Counted from the first letter of the stretch, positions 24,301 through 37,407 are shown. The stretch is DNA of 38,914 nt from Cirrosporium novae-zelandiae (GCA_026023565.1 JAPETS010000017.1:620001-658914), one strand, 5' to 3'. Notes: a model not told the origin generated them from the letters alone. A program made the numbers and translations.

Positions 24301-27300
24301 TAAAATCACCTGATTTATTTAACCGGATAGTTTTTTAATATTATTTCGGTATTCGTAATTTATAAATAAATTTATTCGTATCTATTTTCGATTTTTTTAA
24401 TTTTTGTTTACGTATACGTTTATCCCGCGTATTTATTACGGGCCTAATTTTTATTTAATACCTATTTCTGGGTCGTTTTCCTTTCCGTGTCCGGGTTCTA
24501 CCCACCCCTAGTCCAGGTACGTTTCACGATTTTCCGTTTCGTATCTGGTTTAGGACTAGGGTTTCCTTACCTCCGTATTATTTAAAAAACGTATCTAATT
24601 TTTAAAAAATTTTCGGTTTTTTAATATAAATATTAGTTTTTTTTTTCCGGTTATATTGGATTATTGATTCCTCCGTTTTTTTATTATTTCCCGTAAACGG
24701 ATTTTAATTATTTTTTAGCGCGGGTATATTAATATTAAATAAAATATATTTTAATATAAAATTCCGTATTATTAATATTCCGGAATAATAATAATTTTCG
24801 TACGATATATATATTTTCCGGTAACGGTATACCCCGTTTTTATTTAATAAAATTTATTTATTAGTTTTTTAGACGTATATTTTAATATCCGATTTTTTTT
24901 ATATTTTAAATATATTCGATAGAATTTATCGGGCGATTTTTTTATTTTTTAATTATATAATTAATTATACGTTTTTATAATCCGTTTTTCCGTTATATTA
25001 CGGATTATATAAATTAATAAAATTTATTCGGCCGTTTTATTATTTTTTAGCGCCGTGTTTATTTTAATCGTTTAATTTATTATTTCGTTTTTTAATATTT
25101 TATAATATTTTAAAATTTATTTAATAACGATTTTTATTTTTTAATTAATTAGATATTTAATATATTCGTATATTTTTTATATAATTATTTAATTTTTTTT
25201 CAATTTTTTTTTTTCGATCCGTTTAATAGCCGTTTACGAATTAAATAATATTATTATTTTTTTTCCGGGAATTTTATAATTATTTAAATATATTTTAATC
25301 GTTATTTATAAAATTATTTATATTTTTTAAAATTTTATATCGAATATTTTTTTATTTTAATTTAAATAATATTTCCGTATCGTTTATAAAAATTTTTCGG
25401 TTATTTTTTAAATTATTTCTATTTTTATTTTACGATTTTTTAATTTAAATCTATCCGATTAATATACGTTTTTTTAATTTTACGTTAACGTTTCGTTAAA
25501 AATTTATTATTTTAAAAATATTATTATTATTTTTAAAAATCTATTTTTTTCGATTATTTAGATTTTTTCGATTCTAAAATTCGGATTTATTATTTTTTGA
25601 ATTATCGTTATAATTAAATATTAATTTAATATATTTTTTTTAATTAAATATTTACGTTTTTTATTTTAAATATTATTAATAATATTAAATTCGTTAAATT
25701 TTTTTTAATTTTTTATAAATACCGAAATCTATATTTTTTTTATACGATATTTAATATTATATTTATAAAATATATATAGATTTTTTATATAATTATTATT
25801 ATTAAAATTATTTTATAAATTTTTATTATTAATTTAATAAATTTATTTAATAATTTTTAAAATTTTATTTAATAACCGGTTTGTTTTTTTTATTAAATTT
25901 TATATTCGTATATATAAATTAATATTATAATCGCTACGATTATTTAACGCGTAAACCCCGTAAATAATCCGTTTCGGTAATATATATATTTAATTGTATT
26001 TTCCGTATATCGGGTTTTAATTAATTATTAAACGTAATAAATCTAGTAATTAAATTTCGGATTTAATTATATATTTAATTACCGTACGTAATTTTTTTTA
26101 TATTTAATTAAATAATTATCGATTTTAATTTTCGATTTAATATTTATTTAAATTTAATATTTATATAATTTAAAAAAAATTATAATTTTAATTTTTTAAA
26201 TATTAAATTCTAATTTATTTTTTTTTTATTAAATTACCGTTTTTATTATTTATTAGATAATTTTCCGGATTTATTTATTATCTATATAAGTAATCGAGAA
26301 ACTCACGTCGTCTACGAATAATAGGGTTTTAATTCTAGGGACCGCCTATTCTACGGCTGCGAATAGCCCGCTGCAATATATTAGGAATAATATTAGGGAT
26401 ATAAATAATTTTTATAATACCTCTATTTCTATATTAATTCGGGGTTATATTTCTCCGTCGATTATTAATTCGATATTTTATTAAATTATAAAATTAATTA
26501 TTTATTTAATAATATTTTTATTAATTTTTAATTATTTTAAACGTTATATTAATTTAAACCGTAATATATAATTAAACGTTTTTTTAACGTTTATAAATAA
26601 AATATAAATTATTTATTTTCGTTTAAATTTTTTTTTATTCAATATATTAAATACGTAAACGTATTAATTATATTTCGATTATATTTCGATTTAAATTAAT
26701 TTTTATATAATTTATTTAGATTTTTATATATATTTATTAATATATTAATTATAATTTTTTCGATTATTTTATTTAAATAATATAATAAATTTATTACTTT
26801 ATAATTTTTAATTAATATTTTATCGGTTTTTCCGGATTTAAATAATAATATTTCCCGGATATATTTTTATTACGTCGGATAATATTTTAATCGGAAATAA
26901 TATCGGATTATTTCCGTTGTTTTATAAAAATCCTATTATTATAATATACGGAATATTCTAAATTAAATTCCGTTATATTTTAGAATTTTATTCGTATTTT
27001 ATACGTATAACGTTTTCCGTATTATTTTTTTAAATAATTATTAAACGAATATTTTTTTTATTAAAAACCGATATTCAGGATTTTTTAAAAATAATAGAAA
27101 AATTCGTTTTTATATAAAAATTTTTTATTTTTAATTTCTATCGTTATTTTTCCGTTTTTTATACGGAGCGCCGGTATCGGATTTCGGTTTTAAAATTTAT
27201 AATATTTTAATATTTTTTATTTCCGTTAAATATTTTTGGGATTTAAAAATTTATTTAAATCGTTTTTTTTATATATATTTAAAAAAAATTAATTTATTTA

Positions 27301-27722
27301 TTTTTTTTTTTAATTTTAATTAATTTTATAAATTTTTTGAATATTATTTTAATTTTTTCGTAAATTTAGCGTTTTTATTTTATTTTTTTAAATATTATAT
27401 AGTATTCGTGTTTTTTAATAATATATTCGGGATTTTATTATATTTTCGATCAAACGTATATTCGTTTAGATTTTATATATTTATTTAGAATAATTTTTAA
27501 TTAAATAATAATTTTTTATATTTCGTTTTTTAATTACGTTTCCGTATAATCTATAATTAATATATTTTTTATAATTAATTAAAATTTTTATTTTTATTTC
27601 GTTTTAATTTATTGTTAGAGGTTTTCCAGCGATTTTAAATCCTATAAATTCGGGGTTGGCTGGCCTATTTTTAGGCGGTGACCCTTTTATTCGAATTAAA
27701 TAAAAACGTGATTTAAATTAAT

Positions 27723-27790
27723 TTTTAATTTATTATTTACGTTATTAATTATTACGTTTTAATTTATTATTTACGTTATTAATTATTACG
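27723..27790. repeat. Perfect 34 bp tandem duplication inside a LINE
   Basis: ttttaatttattatttacgttattaattattacg occurs twice here and once in the other LINE copies. Confidence 0.85.
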
Positions 27791-28346
27791 TTTATTAATT
27801 ATTTTTAAAATAATTTTATAACGGGGTTAATTATTATTAAATTAATTATTAAATAATAAATCGATTTTTTTCCGAATTAAATATTTTGGGCGGTATCGTT
27901 TTATATAATTAAATTTTATTTTTTTATAAATATTATTAAAAACGCGTCGTTTATATAAATAATTTATTCGGGTTTTTATATTAAATTATAAATATTAAAA
28001 TTTTTTATTAATATTATTTTATTTTATATTTTATAAAATTTTTTTAAATTTTTATTATCGATTTTATTTTTAAAAATATACGTTTTTTAATTTTTAATCG
28101 TAAACGTTAATTATTTTAATTAAGATTTTTTTTTTCGTTTACGTTTATTATACTAATATTTAGCGCCACGAAATAAAAATAATTAATTAAATCGGTTTTT
28201 ACGGTTATTTTAAATACGTTATTTTTTTCGATTTTTATATATAATAGTGACCGTTTTTACGATTTTATTTTTTATTTAAATCTTTAATTCGGGTCAATAA
28301 AATTTTTACGCCGGATATAATATTTTTTTTTTAATTTTTGGCCAGA

Positions 28347-28661
28347 TGTCAAGGTTGGGGCTCTGATAGTGTAGGTAGCGATACGGATAGGTAGTTTGTC
28401 CATATCGTAGTAATATTGAAATAATAGTACTCCTATATAATACAAGACTGAAAACTTGTTTTTCCTAATTTTCCTTCTATTTTTTTATATAAGTTTTTCT
28501 ATTTAATGTTTTCTCGGTAATCTATCGGCGCCATATAACGCCATTTCCCCGTTTTTATCCCGCCTTTAGTCCTCAGACGTAGCGACCCTTTCTTGTACTC
28601 CATTTCCCCTCCTTTGTGACAGAACCCCTTTTTAGTATTCTACTTCTCTTCCTTTGTGACA
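28347..28661 (-). mobile_element. Solo LTR of Gypsy family C (315 bp), 5 bp TSD CCAGA
   Basis: TGTCA...TGACA termini with ccaga at 28342-28346 and 28662-28666. Reverse complement of 33348-33654. Confidence 0.93.
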
Positions 28662-29009
28662 CCAGATTTCTATAATAATATTATATCCGTTCCGATTTAT
28701 ATAATTGATTTTAGAATTACGATTATTATATCGTATTTTTTATAATAATTATATTATAATATTTTTATTTATAATCCGGATATATCGTTATCTATTTACG
28801 GTACGAATATTACCGATATTTTCGGTATTATTAATATTTCGGGTATTATTTACGTTTTTTCCCCCGGTTTTTTCTGGAATTCGGGGATTTTTGGTTCTTG
28901 ATTAGGGTTTTTTAGATTTATTTTTTTTTAGAGGGATTAGCACGTAGAACGATTATATAATATTTTTTCGGCGTTTTTTCTTCGTATATTCTGTTTTTAT
29001 TTTTCGGGT

Positions 29010-29230
29010 AGCTGGGTATTTTCCGTCCGTGGCTATATAGGGGCCTAGACAGTTTATATATTTCAATAGAATATATATATAAGCCCCCGTGTACGCGGGC
29101 TTATATCCTATTATCCGACACCGGTGGTTTTACGTTTCGTATATTTCCGCGTATATAGTGCACCTAGGGGCTCTATCTCTATATTCCAGGAATAATTTAT
29201 ACCCTAATTAGGCGTATTTTGGGCACGCTT
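29010..29230 (-). pseudogene. LINE ORF1 (gag-like) triple CCHC zinc-knuckle remnant
   Basis: Minus frame reads ACPKYA*LGYKLFLEYRDRAPRCTIYAEIYET*NHRC...KYINCLGPYIATDGKYP. Reversing RIP (Y to C/H) gives three Cys/His knuckles typical of Tad1/I-type ORF1. Confidence 0.8.
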
Positions 29231-29720
29231 TATTCATTTTTAGCGTGAATTATCGGGTATATCGAAGCCTGCGTCCCGCCAGATAACAGTCTTCGATTCT
29301 CTATTTTTCGTATATTATAAGCGGGAGCCTTATTTTGACTGAGGTAATATACCTCCCTAATACAAGCCCAGTTCGTATCCGTTTCTGGCGGTATTTCTCC
29401 GGTGTTATTTATGCGACTACCGTGTCTCGGGGTAATTGATAAGCATTTTTTAGGTCTTTTCTTATTAGATTTAGCCCATCTGGACCCCCAAATATTTCTA
29501 GGGGCACCCCCTGTATTTTTGCCCAATGCAGGGTTTCTAGTGGGCGTATATCCACTATCGCGTTATCCACCCTCGCTGCGGCCCCTAGAATTAGAAAAAT
29601 TAATAAAAATTATAAAAATAACGCGTAATCGTTTTAGAATATTTATTTAAATTTAAATATATTTCAATTTTATATAATAATTATATTTCCGATAATCCGG
29701 TTTAATTATATATATTAAAT

Positions 29721-30402
29721 GCACCGCACGAAGACCACTACTACCCCGGAATGCTGGTGGTGCGGGGCCCCGTATCAAGACGTTCCCCATTTAATATTAA
29801 TATGCCCGCGCTGGAGAGCGGCTAGGGCCCGGTTGCGGGGAGCAATGGAAAAACAGAGGGGCCAGTGGCCTAGTATAGCCGAGAGGGAAAAGCTAGTATT
29901 CGTACTAGGGGACCGAAGATTCTCTAAAGATTGGGTGCGCTTTTTAGGCGATACGGAGGTGGGGAAGCCCCAGTGCTGGGCCAGACACGAAATGGAAAAT
30001 CGTGAGGCGTACCTGGATTGGGGGTGGGTAGAACCCGGACACGGGGGGGAAAACGACCGAGAGACAGGTATTAGGTAAGAACTGGGCCCGTAATAGAAAC
30101 GCGGGGTGAGCGTATACGTGAGCAAAGACTGAAAAAATCGAAAATAGATACGAATAAACCTATTTATAGGCTACGAATACCGAAATAGCGCTAAAAAACT
30201 ATCCGGTTAGATAAATCAGGTGATTCTAGGAAACCCAAAAAAGGGGGGAAACTATATAGCCGAACCAGGGGGGTAACCCCCACCACCATAGTTAAAAGTA
30301 AGCCCGAAAAAGAATACAAAAGGGCCTAAAAGCCCCCGAGTAGAGTCCGTTATAGTTTCTAAATGATATATGGATATAAAACAATGAATAATCATTATGA
30401 TC
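29721..30402 (+). mobile_element. 682 bp 5'-truncated LINE, lightly mutated, 16 bp TSD
   Basis: TSD attatatatattaaat at 29705-29720 and 30403-30418, with the empty site at ~129-144. Ends in an (ATC)n-type tail. Confidence 0.92.
29722..30078 (+). pseudogene. C-terminal fragment of LINE ORF2 with CX2CX8HX4C zinc knuckle (open frame, N-terminally truncated)
   Basis: Reads HRTKTTTTPECWWCGAPYQDVPHLILICPRW...FLGDTEVG. The ATG at 29719 overlaps the TSD junction. Confidence 0.85.
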
Positions 30403-30765
30403 ATTATATATATTAAATTTAATTTATTATTTTTATTGTCCCGAATTATACGACGGATATATTTCTAATATTAATAATACGATAGAAAAAACCAAAAAAA
30501 TTATTAAAATAGCGAAATAAATCGCTATCTTTATTTCTAATAATAGAACCAGTTTTTTTTAAAAAATAGCCGGCGCTTTATTTACGACAAATCCACGAAT
30601 AATAAAAAAACGGGGAACTATCGTTATAAATTCTATTTAATAAATTATAAATTTAATTAAATTTTTTCATATATATTATAAAAAATAGTTTATCGTATAT
30701 ATAATAATAAAAATAATTATTTTATATAAAAATTTAAAATTAAATTTTTTTGTATAAAAAATAAT

Positions 30766-31015
30766 TACAACGATATATTAAATATATATATTTTATAAAT
30801 ATATAAATAAAATTTAGCGCGTAATCAAATTTTTATATAAAAAAACGTTATTTAATTTATTAAAATAACGTTCGATTTTTATATTTATAAAAAAATATTT
30901 GGAAAACTTATTATTATTTGCGTTTTATATACGAATAATACGTTATATTTATTAGTTATATATTCTATTGTCTCACTAGTCTACCACACTGCCTGTGCTA
31001 AGCGCTGCCTTCATA
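30766..31015 (+). repeat. Family A 3' LTR
   Basis: Ends ctaccacactgcctgtgctaagcgctgccttcata. Matches 873-1125. Confidence 0.88.
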
Positions 31016-33347
31016 TAAGGATACAGGCGACTTTTACGGCACCCCCGTTTCTATAGTAATTCGGGGTTATATCTTTCCGTCGATCACTAATTCGACGTTT
31101 CGTTGAATTATAACACTAATTATTTATCTAATAATATTTTTATCGATTTTTAATTATTTTAAATATTATATTAATCTAAATCGTAATATATAATTAAATA
31201 TTTTTTTAATATTTATAAATAAAATATAAATTATTTATTTTTAATTAAATTCTTTTTTTATTCGATATATTAAATATATAAATATATCGTTTATATTTCG
31301 ATTATATTTTAATTTAAATTAATTTTTATATAATTTATTTAGATTTTCGTATATATTTATTAACGCGTCGGTTACAATTTTTTCGATTATTTTATTTAAA
31401 TAATATAATAGATTTATTATTTTCTAATTTTTAATTAATATTTTATTGGTTTTTCTAAATTTAAATAATAATATTTTTTAAATATATTTTTATTATATCG
31501 GATAATATTTTAATCGGAAATAATATTGGATTATCTTTATTATTTTATTAGGATTTTATTATTATAATATATATAACGTTTTAAATTAAATTTTATTATA
31601 TTTTAAAATTTTATTTATATTTTACGCGTATATAATATTTTCTATATTATTTTTCGGATAATTATTGAGCGAATATTCTTTTTATCGGAAATCGAAATTT
31701 GGAATTTTTTAGGAATAATAGACAATTTTATTTTTATATAAAAATCTTTTTATTTTTAATTTCTATTATTATTCTCCTGTTTTTTATATAGAACGCTAGT
31801 ATCGGGTCTTAGTTTTTAGATTTATAATATTTTAATATTTTTTATTTTCGTTATATTTTTTCGGGATTTAAAAATTTGTTTAAATCGTTTTGTTTTATAT
31901 ATATTTAAAAAAAATCGATTTTCTTTTTATTTTTAGGCGTTAACCCCTTTATTCGAATTAAATAAAAATGTAATGTGAATTAATTTCTAATTTATTATTT
32001 ATATTATCGGTTACCGCGTTTATTAATTATTTTTATAATAATTTTATTATAGAATTAATTATAATCAAATTAATTATTAAATAATAAACTAAGTTTTTTC
32101 CGAATCAAATATTTTAGACAGTATTGTTCTATATAACTAAATTCTATTTTTTTATAAATATTATTAAAAATATATTATTTATATAAATAATTTATTTAGA
32201 TTTTTATATTAAATTATAAATATTAAAATTTTTTATTAATATTATTTTATTTTTATTTTATATTTTATAAAATTTTTCTAGATTTTTATTATCGATTTTA
32301 TTTTTAGAAATATATATTTTTTAATTTTTAATCGTAAATATTAATTATTTTGATCGGATTTTTTATTTTTCCGTTTATATTTATTATATTAATATTCAAT
32401 ATTATAAAATAAAAATAATTAATTAAATCGGTTTTTACGATTATTTTAAATATAATATTTTTTCGATTTTTATATATAATAATAATTATTTCTATAATTT
32501 TATTTTTTATTTAAATCTTTAATTCGGACTAATAAAAATTTTACGCCGGATATAATATATTTTTTTTTAATTTTTAATTAAATTTTTATAATAATATTAT
32601 ATTTATTTCGATTTATATAACCGATTCTAAAATTATAATTATTATATTGTATTTTTTATAATAATTATATTATAATATTTTTATTTAAAATTCGGATATA
32701 TTATTATGTATCTGCGGTACGGGTATTATTAATATTTTCGATATTATCGATATTTCGGGTATTATTTATATTTTTTTTTATTTTTCCTAAAATTAAGTCG
32801 GGGGTTTTTAATTAAAATTTTATAGATTTATTTTTTTTTTAAAAAAATAAATATATAAAACAATTATATAACGTTTTTTCGGCGTTTTTTTATATATATT
32901 TTATTTTTGTTTTTCGGGTTATAAAGTATTTTCCGTTAATAATTATATAAAAATTTAAATAATTTATATATTTTAATAAAATATATATATAAACCCCCGA
33001 ATATATAAATCTGTATTCTATTATCCGATATCGATAATTTTATATTTTATATATTTCGGGGGTTTATGTTTATAATTTAATTAAAATAATATTTTTTTTT
33101 AATATAAACCCGGTTTGTATCCGTTTTTAATAATATTTCTCCGGTATTATTTATACGATTACCGTATTTCGGGATAATTAATAAATATTTTCTAAATTTC
33201 TTTTTTAAATTTAATCTATTTAAATTTTTAAATATTTTTAAAATTTTTTTTTATATTTTCGTTTAATATGGGATTTTTAATAAATATATATTTATTATTA
33301 TATTATTTATTTTCGTTATAATTTTTAAAATCTTTTATTTATATTTA
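31016..33347 (-). mobile_element. Tad1-like LINE internal fragment (ORF1 to RT), bounded by Gypsy A and Gypsy C
   Basis: Colinear with ~26395-29590 without the solo LTR and with internal deletions. GVP*KSPVSL on the minus strand at 31016-31046. Confidence 0.87.
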
Positions 33348-33654
33348 TATGACAAAGGAAAAGAAGTAGTATACTAAAAAAGGGTTCCGTTATAAAAGAG
33401 GGGAAATAGAGTACTGGAAAAGATTGTTACGTCTAAGGACCGAAAACGGGACGGAAACGGGGAAATAGCGCTACGATTACCGAAAAAAAAAAGACATTAA
33501 ATAGAAAGATTTATATAAAAAATAAAAAAAAAATTGGGAAAAACCAGTTTTCAGTTTTATATTATTTAGAGTACTATTATTACAATATTATCACGATATA
33601 AATATATTATTTATCCGTATCGCTATTTATATTATTAAAGCTCTAACCTTAATA
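33348..33654 (+). repeat. Family C 5' LTR
   Basis: tatgacaaagg...ccttaata is a mutated tgtcacaaagg...ccttgaca. TATA-like tatataa at 33512. Confidence 0.88.
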
Positions 33655-33699
33655 TTCTGAAAAATTTTTTTTACAAAAAAAAAAAAGAATAATCCAGAT

Positions 33700-34596
33700 A
33701 ACGAATAAACGATAATACGAAAATCAGAAATCTCCGATTCCGATAACGATTCGGAAAACGGAATACGTTTATATATATTTAGCCGAACGATACAGGAAAT
33801 ACAAGAAAAAAATATCTAAAAACAAAAAAAAAAAAAAAAACAGACGATATAAAAACGAAAAACAATCGATAAAAAACCGAAACGTATAAACGGAAAAAAA
33901 AAAAAAAAAAAAAAAACGAAAATAACGAAAAAAAAAGAATATTAAAAAAAAAAATCAGAAAATAAAAGAAAATAAAAAAATTAACGGAAAAATTAAAAAT
34001 ATTAAAAAATAAACGAGCGAGATACGAACGTATTACCGTCGGATTATATACGAGCTATATAAAAAACCGGGATCCGGGAAAATCATTTATAATTAAATTC
34101 CCGACGCCCGAGAACTACTATAAAAGAAATTATAGAAAATTAAAAATATTTATTTAATAAAACGAAATCTATTTCGAAAAAAACCCCTATATATATTTTA
34201 TAGAAAAAGACAAAATCGTTACGACTACGTATTTTTTATAAAACGTTATCGGAGATTTATAGTACAGATAAACGACAGAAAAAAAAAACGAATTTAATTA
34301 AAAAAAATTTAAAGAATTTTTAGAAATAAAAATCGACGATCTATAAAATAAAAATTTCAAAATAGCAAAAATATTTATATATACCGAACAGATACCGGGC
34401 CAGATACCGTACGTATTTTACGCGTATATATAAAATCTCCGGGTATAGTTACCCCTATTCACGAATACGAATTTCTAAGAAATAATTACGATATTCCTTT
34501 ATTTATAATTATTATTAAGAAAAATTATAATAATAAACAGGTTAATATTAAAAAAAAAAAAATATAATAAAAATAATAATAAAAATATAAAACGAA

Positions 34597-34683
<87 letters not shown>

Positions 34684-34900
34684 ATAATCGTCGGAATAAA
34701 AAAAAGAAAATAACGAAATAATAACGAAATAAAATAACGAAAAATAATAAAAAAAATAAATAACGACGGTAATAGTTATAAAAAAAATCTCTACGGGGCT
34801 GAAAACCGGAAAAAATACGTTTACCTGTTAAAACTATAGGAAACCGGGATATTTGTCAAAATAATATTAAACACCAAGAAAAAATACGGGAAAAAAAATA
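33700..34900 (+). pseudogene. gag: Gypsy C gag remnant
   Basis: FTC*NYRKPGYLSK*Y at ~34820-34867 is a RIP-mutated CX2CX4HX4C knuckle. Boundaries are approximate. Confidence 0.7.
34599..34678 (+). repeat. Poly(A) tract (80 A) within the gag remnant
   Basis: Homopolymer run. Confidence 0.85.
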
Positions 34901-37345
34901 GACGATCCAAAAAAATCCAACGGACCTGTCAAATAATCTCGGAGAACAGGGCTTTCACAATCGCCGAAACGTTTACGGACAGAAAAATAATAATTAAAAT
35001 AAAAATACAAATACTATTAGGAAAAAAAAAAACGAAAATATTAATTAATTTAAAAACGGAAAAAAATTATATATTACAACGGCTCGTCAAACAATAAAAA
35101 ATAAAAAAAAACGAAGAATCATTAACAGAATTAATAGGAATAAATAAAAAAAAAATAATTATTTATAAAAAATATATATTACGATTATATATAGCAGATT
35201 TAACGCGTACGGTCCGATAATACGTTCAGAGAATAATCAATATAAATATAGAAAATATAAAAAAACTATTAATATTAAAAATAAACTGGCTGGAGAAAAT
35301 AGATCTAGAAATAAACTAAAAAAAAAAAAAATAAATATATCGGAATACCGGCGAAAAATATATAAAAATCAAAATTATATCGCCCAAAAAATTCGCAAGA
35401 AAAATAATAAAATAAAAACAGTTAATATTCCTAATATAAATAATTCTATAAATATAAATAAAAAAACAACGATATTATATTAATACCGTATCGGAGACGG
35501 AATAAAAAAATAAAATAATAATATTAAAAAAATATTAAAATTATAAAAACGTATTTTTAAAAAAAAAAATTATACGTTTATCGAATATAATTAAAATAAC
35601 ATACGCTATCGATCTAAAATCCGATTAAATATTATTATATTTATTAATTTATTTATTAAACGAGAAACAGCTGCGAATATTAAAAAAATATTTAAACGAA
35701 AATCTAGAAAAAAAACGGATCGAATATTCGAAAAATTTATATAAAATATTTATTTTATTCGTACCAAAATCGGACGGAACGTTGCGTTTATACGTAAATT
35801 ATAAAAGATTCAACCGGATTATAATTAAAAATAAATATCTATTATTATTAATCGGAGAAATATTAAATAAATTAAAACGAACGAAAATTTTTATAAAATT
35901 TAATTTAAAAAATATCTATTATCGAATCCGAATAAAAAAAGGAAACGAATAAAAAACTATTTTCCGTATCCGATACGGATATTTCGAATATACGATAATA
36001 TTATTCGGATTAATAAACGTTTCAGTCACGTTCTAAATATATATTAATAAAATATTATCCGATTTTTTAAATATGATTTATATAATATATTTTGACGATA
36101 TTTTGATCTATTTATCCAATATCGCGGAATATACGGTATACGTACGGATAGTACTGGAACGACTACGCAAATACAAATTATATATAAAACTACCAAAATA
36201 TATATTTAATAAACCAGAAATAACGTTCCTAGATTTCGTGATCGGAACGTAAAAAATCCGTATAAAAAAAGAAAAAATAAAAACAATCCTAGAATAATCG
36301 AAACCAAAAAACTATCACGATATCCAAATTTTTATTGGATTCGCCAATTTCTATAAAAAATTTATAAAAAATTATTCAAAAATAATAAATCTTATTACAG
36401 ATTTATTAAAAAAAATAAAAAACGGTAGAAAAATAAAAAAATTTATATAACCCGAGACCGCGTAAACGGCGTTTAAAATATTCAAAAAAATATTTACGAT
36501 AGTATCTATATTATATTATTTCAATCCAACGAAAATAATAAAAATAGAAACGGATATATTATAGAACGGAATTACGGGAATTTTATCGTAACTAAATAAC
36601 GAACGTGCGGGATAATCACGGAACGGAATATAATACTTAATTGCGTTCTAGTCAAAAAAACTAGCAGAACTAAAATAAAAATATATAATATACGATCTTG
36701 AATTACTCGCGATTATAGAAAGATTCAAAAAATAAAATTATTATTTATAAAAAAATAAATATATAATATAAATATTAACGGATTATAAAAATTTATAATT
36801 ATTTATAAAAATAACGGCGCTAAATAGGCGGTAAATACGCTAAATAAAGAAACTGGCGGAATACGATTTTGAAATAATATATAAAACGGGGAAAACTAAT
36901 CCAGCAGATATATTATTAAAAAAACCAGATTATATAATAAAAAATAAAAATAAAAAAACGAAAAATAGATTATTATTTATATTATAAAATAAATTTAGAT
37001 AGTATAAAAAAAAAAGAATTGAAATACCCGATTAATTAACAGCTACGATAGCGGCGTTAAATCGTATAAAATACGGGTTGTTTACCGGAAAAATCCTTTC
37101 AATATTAAAAAAAATTTTAAAAACGATAGAAAAAAATAATAAAATAAATAATTTTTTAGAATATATTACGGAGAGCGTATAATACGTATATAATTATTTA
37201 TTATTACGAAAAATATATAGAATAATAATAATAAAAAATAAATTAGAAAAAAAAATACTAAAAATATTAATAAATTTATTACGGAAAATACAAGAATTAG
37301 ATCTTTAATACAGAATATATATAAAATAAAAAAAAAAAGGGAAAA

Positions 37346-37407
<62 letters not shown>

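Larger units (their letters stand above)
24127..29590 (-). mobile_element. Tad1-like LINE with intact 3' tail, ORF2 and most of ORF1; 5' end deleted
   Basis: Tail gatgatgatgattattcattg at 24127. YCSGLFAAVE*AVPRIKTLLFVDDVS on the minus strand at ~26300-26380. ORF1 zinc knuckles at ~29010-29230. Confidence 0.9.
21348..31015 (+). mobile_element. Second Gypsy A copy: truncated 5' LTR, gag-pol to 24126, nested LINEs, 3' region from ~29591, 3' LTR
   Basis: 21348-21423 matches the LTR 3' end. 21424-24126 is colinear with 11555-17807 (YINNILIF at 23151; RDIQVF-LGFTNFYRKFI at ~23380). 29591-30765 matches ~19330-20391 with deletions. 3' LTR at 30766-31015. Confidence 0.8.

Noticed and set aside
28705..28905. 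66 aa plus-strand ORF
   Set aside because: Antisense to the LINE ORF1/ORF2 junction region.
29230..29650. 98 aa minus ORF and 82 aa plus ORF
   Set aside because: The real ORF1 frame (LAGRRLR...ACPK, leading into the zinc knuckles) is a different minus frame. These two are off-frame or antisense.
29775..30125. 116 aa minus-strand ORF
   Set aside because: Antisense shadow of the LINE ORF2 C-terminus.
34599..34678. Poly(A) tail of a retrocopy
   Set aside because: Lies within the gag remnant just upstream of the CCHC motif, with no TSD. The local LINE ends in (ATC)n, not poly(A).
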